Shown here: piece by piece, positions 25,312 through 37,127 of the stretch
Layout of the letters: each line of letters begins with the position of its first letter
Numbering within the stretch: position 1 is the stretch's first letter
Source of the DNA: Callorhinchus milii
Taxonomy: Eukaryota
NCBI RefSeq assembly: GCF_018977255.1
Contig: NW_024704742.1
Location: 23,872,001 to 23,936,000 of the forward strand
Reading direction: 5' to 3'
DNA: 64,000 nt
Translations under genes and position numbers: made by a program
The notes under the pieces: model-generated
The model's input: only the letters and a program-made list of their open reading frames with translations
Databases searched by the model: none
What the model was told of the DNA's origin: nothing

Positions 25312-25918
25312 TCTATACTAATAAAGACTAAATGTCTGTGTGTCTGTCCGCCAAGAACGCAATATCCAATTGACACAGCTACATGATTTATACCTTATCA
25401 GAAAGGTCTTGCATGGGAGAGTGACATAGGCATATTTTTTTTCGGGATCTTCTATCGTTGATGAGCTATATTTAAAAATTGCTTTCATTAAGCCACAAAA
25501 TATGAGGTATGCATGGAATTCTCCAATAAAGTAGTGACAAAGGAAATCACATACCCTTCCAGAGAGATACATCTATACTAACATATTCTGCAACAAAGTA
25601 GCACAGAAAAAAGTTTTGACCTAAACAAGCTCATCACACAGGTTGACCTACCAACTCCCCGCCAGGAGCCCTCTCCCCGCCAGGAGCCCTCTCCCCGCCA
25701 GGAGCCCTCTCCCCGCCAGGAGCCCTCTCCCCGCCAGGAGCCCTCTCCCCGCCAGGAGCCCTCTCCCCGCCAGGAGCCCTCTCCCGGCCAGGAGCCCTCT
25801 CCCCGCCAGGAGCCCTTACAGCTGAATATAGATAAAGACAAAATGTCTGTCTGTACGTCATTCTACATTCCATATTAGATCCTTTGGTTGCAAGCGAAGC
25901 TGCAACCGGTACAGCTGG
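25312..25918 (+). mobile_element. Non-autonomous Helitron (rolling-circle transposon)
   Basis: A|TCTATACTAATA 5' end, subterminal hairpin GGTTGCAAGC-GAA-GCTGCAACC at 25886-25907, CTGG|T (CTRR) 3' end, A^T insertion site, no TSD. Confidence 0.75.
25655..25816. repeat. 18-bp minisatellite (CTCCCCGCCAGGAGCCCT) x9
   Basis: Nine tandem units, one carrying a single substitution. Confidence 0.97.
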
Positions 25919-26000
25919 TAAGAAAATAAAATGAATTCAAAAATAGATGCACAGATGGTAAAATATCTACTTCATACTAGATCAGGGTTTACAGCCCTAC

Positions 26001-26199
26001 CAGCTCGATTCAAGTCGATCAATGTTTGAAATCTTGCATCATCATGTAGACTTTTTCCGCTATCCTGCTCCAGTTGTATCTGTTTAATTCGCACCGATTT
26101 AAGTGTTGTTTGATTTCTGTTCTTCCCAGTGCATAGATTATACGTGAGCATTCCATTAACAGCGACTGGACATCTTTGTTGCGTTATCTGATATCCTGC
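26001..26199 (-). CDS. GATB: GATB exon 4
   Basis: [16 protein letters not shown]...[31 protein letters not shown]; tttag acceptor, gtaggg donor. Confidence 0.96.
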
Positions 26200-27703
26200 C
26201 TAAATATGCAATAGAGAATACTTCCTCAATTTAGTTAACGGCAACAGTATCAAATTTAAACCTTTAAATGGCATTCATTGGATAGTTTAGAGATTTGTCC
26301 AACAGTAAAACAAAATATCTATCTGATCAGAGAAAACTATGGGGAACTTTGATAGAGTTATTTAAGATCATGATGGATTTGGAAAAAATGAAATCCAATT
26401 AAGTTGCTCCGCTGAATACAAAATTTAAGATGTAGAAACAGAATGATACAACACAGAAGCAGAGTACTCTGCCAATCAAGCCTATACTGGAGTTTTCTCC
26501 ACATTAGCGTCCTAATTTAGTCCCACTATCCTGCTGGTTCCCCAAACCTTCAATTTTTTTTCAAATATCTAAAGAATTCAAGGGTATAGATTCAAAATAA
26601 CAAAAGGAAATTGGAAATGAGGACCTTTTTTAATAAAGGGTGACTGACACATGGAACAAACTACCAGCAAAGGTGACGCATAAACTGTAAAAGGTTTCAA
26701 AAAGTAATTATACAAGTTTGTATCGAATGACGCGATTCAGTGTTATTAGATTTGGAAATAGAAGGAATCTTGTGGGAAATTTAGGACCCAAAATTCTATC
26801 AGGACAGCAGAAGAATGCTAGAATTTAAAAAGTTAAGCAACATCTTCCTTTCCTTGATAAATTCAGCAATTTCAAAGGCCTTTTTGGGGGGCGAAAGAAA
26901 ACATGTGATGGTGCAGACAAAATCTTAATTACACCTAGCCTTTACTCTGCTAATTTGGGCTCTTTTGTTTGCATTAAAACAAGTTTTCTTTTAAATCCAG
27001 TACATTCTCAAACATCATCTTAGAAGGAACAGGAACATTGGTTTGGAAAGAAGGTTCAATGGGGAATATGTTCCTTTAAATATATAAACAATTTCCCTCT
27101 AAATATGTCTCTTCAAGGTCAAGTCACCAAATGCACACATCACTACTGTTTCTGCTGAACTTGGACAGTAGACGTCTTATGGCAATGGGCCATTCCACCA
27201 CAGAGCCATGTACCCTTTGACACATGCATTACCCTGCAGAATTTTAGAAACTCAGCTGCACACGTGATAAAGAAGCATTACCTAATAGAATACAGGTTCC
27301 TGGATTCCATCAATAAATGTGGATCCCAATCTTGCAAAACACCTTCCCCTTTCCATAAGAGTGGCTATCTTGATGTTATTCCAAACCATTTTGTTAGAGA
27401 AACCCTTGCACTTTTTGGATGAGGCTATCAGCAGTGAATATTTCTTCTGTTCCTTTTTTGCCTCAGTTTACAGTTTAACTCACTGCCAGCCTCTTGTTTT
27501 TATGAATTTTTTCCACTTTTATAGCTGAAATCAACATGTTGAACAGATTTTCTTCCCCTTTTAAAATGAACAAACACCAGAGCATTGAGTGTATCAGAGG
27601 CCAAGTGTCATATTCAAACGTATACATATAATTTGCAAGAGTCAATTCAGGTCAAAAGATTCATACTTAAATACAAGTTATTTGAAATCATGCAGAGACT
27701 TAC

Positions 27704-27817
27704 GGGCAAGTCAGCATAGAAGTAGTGCTTTCGGTCAAATAAGGATCTCTTATTAATTGTACAGTTCAGAGCTAAGCCGGTCATCACAGCTCCTTCCACA
27801 CACCGTTTATTAAGAAC
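27704..27817 (-). CDS. GATB: GATB exon 3
   Basis: [40 protein letters not shown] acceptor, gtaagt donor. Confidence 0.96.
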
Positions 27818-30800
27818 CTTTTGAAAATGGAGGAATACAACCATTATAAGTAGACAGACATTTTACTGGGAGGCATTCAATTCAAAAATGTATTCTGCAT
27901 AAAGGTTCCTTTGGAAGAAACAATACATTCACCATCACAGACCGCACAGCTTTACAATACTGCAGTAACAAGTCTTCTAGTACTGTCGAGGCATTTAAGC
28001 TCTAATTCTGTAATGAATCAGCATGATGAACACTACAAATCATCACACTGCTAGATGATTCTTCACAGCTTAGCATTGTAATGCTGCTCACAACAGGATG
28101 TGCACGCATATAAAATAATAATGAGATTGGAAGTCAGTGAAGGGCACATGACTGCTTGAGCTGCAGAATGTACAATCATCTACCATATATAAAAAAATCA
28201 ATTTGGTGTCAAGTCACTTCTGCTGAAATCACTACAAACCAAGAAAACAAAACATACAAACCACTAAAGACATTCAAACCACTAAATTTGTGCAAAGACC
28301 TAATTCTGCGAAGAGATTGATGTTTGACCTCAGCAAGCCTTGTTCGACCAATGAATTTGTGTCACTCATTGAGAACAGGACGATTCAATCAAATGAATAA
28401 GTGCTCTTGGTTCACTGGTACATTTTTGTTTGATATTCTAAAACATAAGTCACAGTAATTTCAATAACAATTATAGTCTTTTTGTCAAAATCCCTCCCAC
28501 TCTGCGTCAAAACCCATCTAAAAATCTATATCTTTGACTGCACCTTCGGCAACCACTCCTCTATGACTTCATCTCAGTCTATGTAAAGTACTTTGAGATA
28601 TTCTGCATGAAAGGTGGTACTTAACTGCGTGGCAAGGCTGGAATTGACAATGCTAAGCAACTTTACTTTCTGAAGTTGGTGCAAATGCACATTAGGGAAG
28701 AACTGTATTCCACCTGACCTTGGGAAAGTGTTCAATTTCCTATCATTATGATATCTCAAGTATTGAAGACAACATTCATACCATTTTAGGGCAAGGAGGA
28801 GCATTCGTTTTTTTNGATTTTACAACCACTCCTCTCTCCTGGATGGTTTGGCCTAGCTGCGCTCAACTAAAACACAAACCACACACAAACAAAAAATTTC
28901 TAGCGAGGGCTTTGTTGTTGTTATTATTGTAGGGTAATGATTGCTACCAGAAACAATGGCTCATTCCACCCCACGTCCTATTTCTCAGAGCACTGAAATA
29001 AATTATTGCATTTTACTCCCACCTTGACTAAGGTCAGATAGCTTAGCACTGGAACTGTCTCAATCTATTTTGCTTTAAGGGGAGCTCATTTACCATTGGG
29101 GAACTAGAATGTACATTTTAACATGTGTTCCACCTTTGGCATCAAGTTCTGCTAGAAAGTTGAAATTAACGCAACATTGAGACACATTTCCAAAAATACG
29201 GTATAGTTTTGACAGGCACTGTAAATCTTAGTCAGCAAGGTGCCAAGCACATGCAGAAACTCATCACCATGCTTGAGTATCCAAACCAGTTTAATATATG
29301 TATGCCATATCTGCATGGAAATGTCCCTATGTGTGGAATGGAATGTGCACATTCCTTGGAGGGATGGACCCTGCCTACCTAATTCTGGAGAGTATTAATA
29401 ATAATAAATGATCCTTGCATTTGATATAGTACCTTATCAGATCTTTGAGATGTCTGAAAGTGCTTCACAGGATATGCTGTGAAGTGGATTGTCTGTGTAT
29501 TTTGTATTTTGTGGGCAAAAGTGCAGATTTGCAAAAGCCAAGGCTTGGGAACCCCAGATTGTGCATTGGGCACTGCTGAAGTTTAACCAGCTAATACTGC
29601 ATTGCTTGCCATTGAGCGCACTGTCTGGCAAGCTTCCAGCTTGTCCAGCTGGGACGCCCCAAGGTGACTCTGCTTACCTCGCCTCAAGGATGGTAATCAA
29701 ACAATGAAGATATGTGAAGGGTCAACTAATGGCAGTGTTAATGAATTCAAATTAATTGGCTGCTTATCTCATTGTTGTTTGTGGGTCCTTGCTCTTGCAG
29801 TTTAGCTCGTGAGTTTGCCTATAAAACAGTTTTTACTTAATTTCTCATCAGTTATATTTTGTAAAGTACATTGAGAAATTTATTTTATATGGAAGGTGTT
29901 ATATACATGCAAATTATTATTGATACTGTACCAAACAGTCTCAAAGGAGTTGAATTTAGGAATTTTTCAGTTAGCTGGTACTTTATGCACTTATAAATAT
30001 TTTTAAAATAATGGACACCATCAAATGGTCAATTGGCACATATATCAAGGATGGAAGTGCATTTTGTTTCCTTTTTTATTTCCTAGAATTTCAAAATGCT
30101 CCACTTTATTTCTAAAACACTTTCTGCAGACATTTCATTTAGCTTCCAGAAAGCAATTTTCACATTAAGCATCTTACATTTTACACATTGATTGAATATT
30201 AAAGCTTTGCGTAATACATTTATGCTCATTATTCCGAGCTGATCTCAGTAATATGGGGTGCAATATAAGTAACCTCTGCAATATTTGGCGAGGGAGTGGG
30301 GGGGAAAAACACTCATCAGAATTTTGAAGATTTGAAACTTGCAAGAAGGTGGGATTTGTATCAGACATTGCAGCAATTACTGTATATTGAACAATAGTTT
30401 TTTTTAATTCTTTTAAGGTACTGATTTAACATGCCCCTCATTCACCAGCTCAACAAACAACAACAACAACGACCTGCATTTATATAGCACCCTTCAATCA
30501 GGGTAGCGTCCTGGAACGCTCCGCACATAACCTCTGTCCAAGCATCTGTAATCCTGCCTTTGAACTGGTTGCTATAGGTAGTCCTCTAGCGTGACTTATC
30601 CTCTGAACTCTTTCCTTCCCTAAAGGGTAGTAGATAGGTTCCCTCTGCAATTAGTAACATTTGGAAATCATGGTACATGGACCAATAATTATAAACATGA
30701 ACCACATATACAGACAGAACTGTGTATTACAGCAGCAACATGCCAGTCCCCTGATGGCATTCAGTAATTAGTTTTTAAATTATTGTAAATTGATACTCGT

Positions 30801-31086
30801 ATTCCCTCTCCGGAATTTTGTTTTTCTATTCGTTGCAGCTTTGTCATTTAGACAGCAGCAGGTGGCAAGGTGACATTCCTGAAAATCTTTTCAAAACATT
30901 TGGTGTCTGACTGCCCAACAGTTCACATCATTAGAAACCAGCAGGAAAAAAAAGTGCATCATCTATGACAAATAACTTAATCTAGCAACACAAATCTAGT
31001 GGGAATTCTATCTCTCGCAGATCATATAAGGGCACCATTAGTTCAAGCTCAACAAATCCAATATAGGGATGTTTTAAAATACTCAC

Positions 31087-31237
31087 CGGTAATGTGCCAG
31101 GAAGTGAAGCATCTAAAAATGATACCAATGAATTGGGAGGTGCTGAAAACTGCACCAATGACCCAGAGAAAAGTTTGGAGTTTGAACATATTTGGGCATG
31201 AACTTCCAATCCTACAACTCCCACCCATGAGGATTTG
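31087..31237 (-). CDS. GATB: GATB exon 2
   Basis: [50 protein letters not shown]; ttcttccag acceptor, gtgagt donor. Confidence 0.96.
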
Positions 31238-31324
31238 CTGGAAGAAAAACAGTTTTTAACAGTGAAATGATGACGATAAATACAGTTCGAACAATAAACA
31301 GAAGACAAGTAGCATATATCCAGT

Positions 31325-31745
31325 CTATAATCATAGAATTTTGTAACAGAGAAGAAAGCCATTTGGCTTATCATGTCTGTGCAGGATCTCTGAAAGTGCT
31401 ACTCATTTAGTCCCATTCCCTTTTCCCTTGTTTAAATTATTTTGCGTCTTGCAACATTTTTATTAGGCATTCCGTGTCACAATAACACTGTAAAATAAAT
31501 TTCTCCTCGTCTCTGCTTTGTGATTTTACTGCTGACCTTATATGGAGGCTCCCTAGTTACTAAACAGTGGAAATAGTTTACTCCCATTTATTCTATCAAA
31601 ACCTGCCATAGCTTTGAACACATCTATTAGACTCCCCTTCAATCGTCTCTGTTCTCACAATAGCCCAGTTTCAATCCATAACCAAAATCTCTCATTCCTG
31701 CTAAATCTCTGGTATCCTCTGCATGGCCTTGGCTTCCTTCCTAAA
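31325..31745 (-). mobile_element. CR1 3' end fragment
   Basis: Reverse complement shows ...gaaggggagtctaatagatgtgttcaaagctatg..ttttgataga and an attctatgatt-type tail. Confidence 0.65.
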
Positions 31746-32891
31746 GTAGAAATATAAAAAGCCACATAAAACAAACTATCATTTAGAGGTAATCCAATCC
31801 ACCCTTTTTATTGAGTGAGACTGTTATGCCAATTAAATATGATAAATATCATATGGATTATAAAAAACAACCTCTCCCCCCCTCCCCCCACACACACCTT
31901 ATCTGGGTTGAATGTTACACAGGAATGGGGCATAATCTCAACCAGACCTTACAGTACTTTGCTACAGGGTGACTAGACCCTGTATGTCATATTAAACAAT
32001 AATAAAATACTGGGAAGGGTGGAGGGGCGACTGGGTGGGAGTAAGAGATGCAACAGAACTAAAATGGCCTCAGTGACCCTGGATTAGAGGACAATATGCG
32101 AGATTTCAGATCTTGATCTCTACATAGTGCCCCAATGCTCTCTTATTAGTTTCCTACACTCCAATTCAGACTTACTGGTTGTTCCTCGCTCCCTCCGCCT
32201 AACTGTCAGTGACTGTCGTTCAGCTATACTACCTATCTGCCTGACATCCTCGCTCCCTGCCTCCAAAAAACTCTCTTTGGCTGTGTCGTCATCCAACATC
32301 CTTCACATCCCCAAAAGTGTGCAAATCACATCAGCCAAACAGAAAGCATACATACTGACCTCTCAGTGGCTTGATTTGGAGACTCGTAACATGGTACTAC
32401 ATGCATTACACGCCCAAAAGGCCAAAATAACTAGCGCCATAGGATCTTTAACGCCCACTTCAACAGGCAGACTGAACTTCTGCTTATTATAATTTATCGT
32501 TTCAGAATAATAACACATGCATCTGGTTATAGTGCCTTTTATAGTGCCTTTTATTTTATAGTGACAAATTTAGTGTCTTGAGTTCAGTACCAAACGTCAG
32601 CGGGATCAATACAATTCTACAGCAGATACACTCGTCAAGAGAAACACAGCCATTAATCCAACAAGCTTCCCCAGTACTGCCAGCGCCGGGGAACTGTGGC
32701 TCGCAAAACACCAACACCCGTACCACCGCAAAGCGTAATGCGGGCAAACGCGGCACGGACGACTTTGACCGCACACTGCGATGTCTCAAAAAAAAACCAC
32801 ACACAAGCCACGGAATAAGCGACCACGTTTATTTGGGGGAAGGCGCGACAAGACGCTGTATCGAATGCAAGGGTTATAACAACAACAACAA

Positions 32892-33215
32892 CAGTGGTTA
32901 GAGCACTCGCTTTGCAAGCGAGAGACCTGAGTTCAATTCCAGGCAGAGGGCGAAACCTTGGGCAAGTTTCCTTACTCCACACAGAGCCTAATAATAATCC
33001 CTCCAAAAAACAAAAACAATAATAAATTGGTCATTTTCAATCTACGACTGTTTGTGGGACATTGCTGTGCGCAATTGGCTGCCGCGTTCGCCCACAAATA
33101 TACAGTGAATTCACTTTACAGTGTGTTCTGTGAAGCGCTTTGGGACGTCCTCCCGACGTGAAAAGCGCTATATCAAATGCGAGGATTATTATTATTATTA
33201 TTATTATTATAATAA
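32892..33215 (+). mobile_element. Young tRNA-Ala SINE (slightly 5'-truncated) in GATB intron 1
   Basis: Near-identical to 20643-20968 from cagtggttagagc onward; long (ATT)n tail. Confidence 0.92.
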
Positions 33216-33504
33216 TAATCATCGTCATCATTATTACTATTACTGTTGACCAGATTGACACGGTTTAGGGATATAGTGCCGTGGGATCTTTAACGTCCAC
33301 CCGCACAGGCAGACGGGACCTCGGTTTAAGGTCTCATCCGAAGGACGGGCGTCTCCGCCAATACATCCCATCCCATCCCATCCCGACACTGCCTGGAGTC
33401 TCAGCTTAGACTACGTGACGCCAAGTCCCGATGTGAACCCACAACCTTCTGACTCCCTCTCTATAAATAATCCCCACCGCTTGCAGGTGTTGTCCTCAAA
33501 TTAC

Positions 33505-33623
33505 CTTTCCTCTCTGCCCGGCGCTGCGGCTGCGGCTGCGGCGAGCGAGGCCGAGCGCGCGCTCTGACGGAAGACGGTTAAACGGCCGCCCAACGGTCGC
33601 AGCAGCAGCGCGACCTGCGCCAT
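33505..33623 (-). CDS. GATB: GATB exon 1 (mitochondrial targeting peptide)
   Basis: ATG in a CpG island. MAQVALLLRPLGGRLTVFRQSARSASLAAAAAAAPGREE is an Arg/Ala/Ser-rich presequence. AG|gtaatt donor, phase 2 matches exon 2. Confidence 0.85.
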
Positions 33624-33760
33624 GACAGCCGCACGCACCACGTGTCCGTCCGTCCCACGCTCGCTCGCTCGCTCGCTGGGAGTTGTAGTGCCGACCGCAA
33701 CCCGCGCCTGCGCTGTGAACTCGCCGCTGAACTACATTTCCCAGCAGGCCACGCGATCAC
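33624..33760 (-). promoter_or_regulatory. GATB core promoter / CpG island with two ZNF143-THAP11 (ACTACAnnTCCCAG) motifs and an NRF1-like site
   Basis: ACTACAACTCCCAGC on - at 33675-33689, ACTACATTTCCCAGCAGGCC on + at 33731-33750, and GCGCCTGCGC at 33704-33713. High CpG density over about 33300-34330. Confidence 0.8.
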
Positions 33761-33796
33761 CCCCGTCGTTGCTTGGCTTCTTGAAGGGGGGGGGGA

Positions 33797-34150
33797 AACA
33801 ACAACAACAACAACAACAAAATTACATCTGTAAAGCGCCTTTCACGTCGAGAGGACGTCCCAAGGCGCTGGACAGACACAGTTACGGACCCGAGCTGAGG
33901 GTCGGGGGAAGGGAAGCAGTGAGATCGAAAACACGATCGAAGAGGAGGGTCTTGAGTTGGGTCTTGGAGTGGGGGGGGCGAGGGAGTGGGGGGCGAGGGA
34001 GGGACTGCGGGCGTAGAGTGGCAGACGGCCCACCCACCAATGGTGGGACGAGCAAGGCGGGGGGGCACGTGAAGCAGGCCGGAGCCCGCCGAGCAGAGGG
34101 AGAGACCGCCATGCTGTTCTGATAAAGGGAAGCCCCGGTCGGCGCAAGCT
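33797..34150 (-). mobile_element. L2 3' end immediately upstream of the GATB promoter
   Basis: (TTG)n tail, cagcgccttgggacgtcc...gacgtgaaaggcgct terminal motif and KTQLKTLLFD coding remnant. Confidence 0.85.
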
Positions 34151-34179
34151 GTCGCCGTGTGCCGGCGGCCGTGCAAACC

Positions 34180-34882
34180 CCACAGCCTGGCTCACTCTCG
34201 CCTCTCAGGCGGACAGGAGATTGTGGGTTCAAGCCCCGCGTCAGGACTTCAACTCACGTGGTTGCTGCTCCATTGCTGGGCTCGGGGGGGGGTTTGGGGT
34301 GTTGCCTTGCCAGACGTGCCGACCCCTCGTTTGGATTGTTAAACCGAGACTTGTCTGCCTGTTCAGGTGGACATTAAAGGTCCTATGGTGCTCTCGCACG
34401 TTTGATGCGAAAGGCGCTATGTCAACCGCAAGAATTAATATTGTTACTTAATGCAGGAGGATGCCACAGCTGTCTAATAATTAATATTATCCTTGCATTT
34501 GATATGGTGCCTGATCATGTCTTCGAGACGTCTCAACGTGCTTCACAGGATATACTGTAAAGTGGATTGACTGTATTTTGTGGGCGAAACAGCAGCCAGT
34601 CGTACCCAGCAATGTCCGATAATGTCCATCCAGCCATGGTAGTTTTATTTGGGGAGCAAATTTTTATTTGGGGAGGCCAGGACATAAGGAACAACTCCCT
34701 TCTCTTTTCAAATAGTGCGATGGGATCTTTACAGGACCTCAGTTTAACGTTTCATCAAATGGATGGCATCTCCAACAATGTAACACACCTCCATCATTGC
34801 ATTGGAGCATCAGCTTCCAAAACCCAGTGTGGGGTTTGAACACACCACATCCTGGCAGAGGAGACTGCTACCAACTGAGCCA
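34180..34882. mobile_element. Two DeuSINE-like elements tail-to-tail (+ 34180-34445; - 34485-34882)
   Basis: Both carry tRNA-like heads (cctggctcactctcgcctctc...gggttcaagcccc) and Deu-like gtctgcctgttcaggtggac / aaagatccc segments. Confidence 0.7.
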
Positions 34883-35559
34883 AACACCCGTGTACCCCTT
34901 CATGGGAATATTGCGTATACATTGTTTAAAACAGATAATGGCTATTTCATTGGTGTAACACAGACATTGTGAAAAACTTCTAATAGCTAATGGGGGATTC
35001 CAGCCCTGATCCTAATGTTGAAATTTGAAAGTCTTTCAACATTTTTAAAAAAAATCAAAAAAAAATTCCATTAAAATTGTTCTTACCAAAATCCAGCACC
35101 CTATTTAAAATTGGGGACTTTTTAAAATCCCTGAAAAAAAATTCTACTCCTAGAAACTCCCCCACAAAGTAATGCACACATGATCCAGACATTAAGTTTA
35201 GAAGATGGTGATAAGTCTAACCATAAGGTATGTGTAATAAACTTAGGCCACCTGGGCATAACAGTGGGAAACCAGAAGTGTGGCTGGAGAGTCTGAAGTG
35301 CGGCCAAAGAACCTGGAACAACACAAGATAGGCTGAAAGTTGTACAAAACAGGCTATATCTTGTGAGTTTTGAAGGTGGTACAAGATCACAAATGGCCAT
35401 TTAAAAAATAGCAAAATGTGAATCTTGTAATCAAATCCTGAAAAGAGGGGAACTCTGCACCTTGTCCAATTTTTTTGTATATGAGCTTTTGACAGTGAAT
35501 GTTGACTTTTTTTTGACCTTCCACACTTCCACACATAGTAAGGGGCAAAAATATAAGAT

Positions 35560-35835
35560 GGACACTAATAAATTTAAAGAGGAGTAACATTTTTATACAG
35601 GTGGTGAGAATGTGAAACTGACTGCCAGAAGCTGTGGTTGAAGCAGAAAACAACAATACATTTAAGAGGAAACTTGGTACATACATGAGAGAGGAGGGAA
35701 TGGAGCAGTATTGGTGGAGGTTAGTGAGGAGGCATTAGGATGGATAAAAGCTCATGTGAAATATAAATACCAGCATGGACTTGTTGAACCAAATGACATG
35801 TTTTGGTGCTGCAGATTCTATCTAATTCTATGTAA
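35560..35835 (+). mobile_element. CR1 3' end fragment
   Basis: ttttatacaggtggtgagaatgtg..actgccaga..gtggttgaagcag...tttaagaggaaacttgg and an attctat tail. Confidence 0.7.
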
Positions 35836-37127
35836 TATGCTTCTAGGAGAGGATCTGCATGATATGATCCATGAACTATTATTAGTTATTTTTAAATACT
35901 CATAGCTTGAGCCAACCAAACTGAAATCACTCAAAGCAAACCACAAGTCAAATCTTGGACATTCTTGGACTGTATGATGCAGTGCCATTAAGCAAGTAGC
36001 CTCCCAGGGCAGATTTTTTTTTCAATTGCCTCGTTTTTAGCCCAACATTTGATTTTTCCATAAACTATTATTTTCACATTATACCAGTTATGCAATGGTG
36101 AGATCAATATTAAAGGAGCAAACTACAATATCAATGTTAATATTGCCACAGACATCCAGTATATTCAGAGGTGAACAGCTCTATTATTCCCTTTTTTCAC
36201 AAACAGGATCCTATTCTGTCCAGGAACTGTTGTGTTCTGAAGTTAAACAGTCGTAAAGAATGATTGCTTTTGCTGACAGCCCTTGTCACAAATCCAATAG
36301 CTTTGTGGGGAGGGGAATACTTTGTAGTTTCAATTCAGGATTGATAATTTGTGTGTTTGTGTCCTCCAGTTATCTTGTATTGGAGGCCCAGGCTGCGGCA
36401 TGCTGCAAATGCACACTTACCTCCTAACTTGACCCTGTTTCTATACAGAAACATTACTATCTGAACCAACATACAACAAGAGATTGACCAGAACTGTCAA
36501 GTTAAAAACATATTTTTGAAGTATATTTTCTTACCAATATTTTATTCAAATTTATTTTTGAAGAAATATTGCTAAGTAACAGTTTTATTTTCTAGCTATA
36601 TGACATGGAATACTGACTTGGGAACACACACAGAATAGCAAGGAAATGAGTTTGTGCTAATGATTCCTCATGGCTACTGATCTCAGATACATCACTCGGC
36701 AGAAGGAGGTAGAAATAAATTGGCTTGTCAGTCACTCTGAGCTGTATTTCTTAATGATAAGGAACAGGGCAACTAAAATGACACGAGATATTAAAAATAC
36801 CAAATCACAAATATATAAAATGAATTTTAAAAAATCTTGCATTTGATATAGTGCCTAAAACTTTGAAATGTCTCAAGGAGTTTCATGGGTACTTTCTGTA
36901 AGGTGTAGCAGTAGTGACTGTATTTGTGGGGACATGAGGCAACCAATTTGTCCAAAGCAAGGTTCCATAAACAGTTATGTAGTGAATTTGATTTTTTTTT
37001 CTGGAGCATTGTTGGCTGGGTCACTGAGACTTATCGTATCTTTTCCCCCTTATCTTTTCAAATAGTGTAGTCAGAATTGAACCCAGGTCTCTTGCTTGTG
37101 AGGCGAATGCTATAACATTGAGCTACC

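Larger units (their letters stand above)
9805..33623 (-). other. GATB: GATB gene span (mitochondrial glutamyl-tRNA(Gln) amidotransferase subunit B), 13 coding exons, 537 aa
   Basis: 13 exons joined manually. Sizes 119/151/114/199/123/114/85/45/190/134/79/135/126 give an open 1614 nt frame with GatB motifs [56 protein letters not shown] and [12 protein letters not shown]. Confidence 0.97.

Noticed and set aside
25578..25873. Repetitive ORFs (GEGSWR)n, (PARSPL)n, (GERAPG)n and a CRISPR-like look
   Set aside because: These are translations of an 18-bp minisatellite. There are no spacers and the context is a eukaryotic intron.
28815..28815. Ambiguous base N
   Set aside because: Assembly ambiguity after a T-run, not a biological feature.
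33622..34232. Several 115-166 aa ORFs over the promoter
   Set aside because: GC-rich stop-codon depletion across the CpG island and an L2 end; no recognisable protein.
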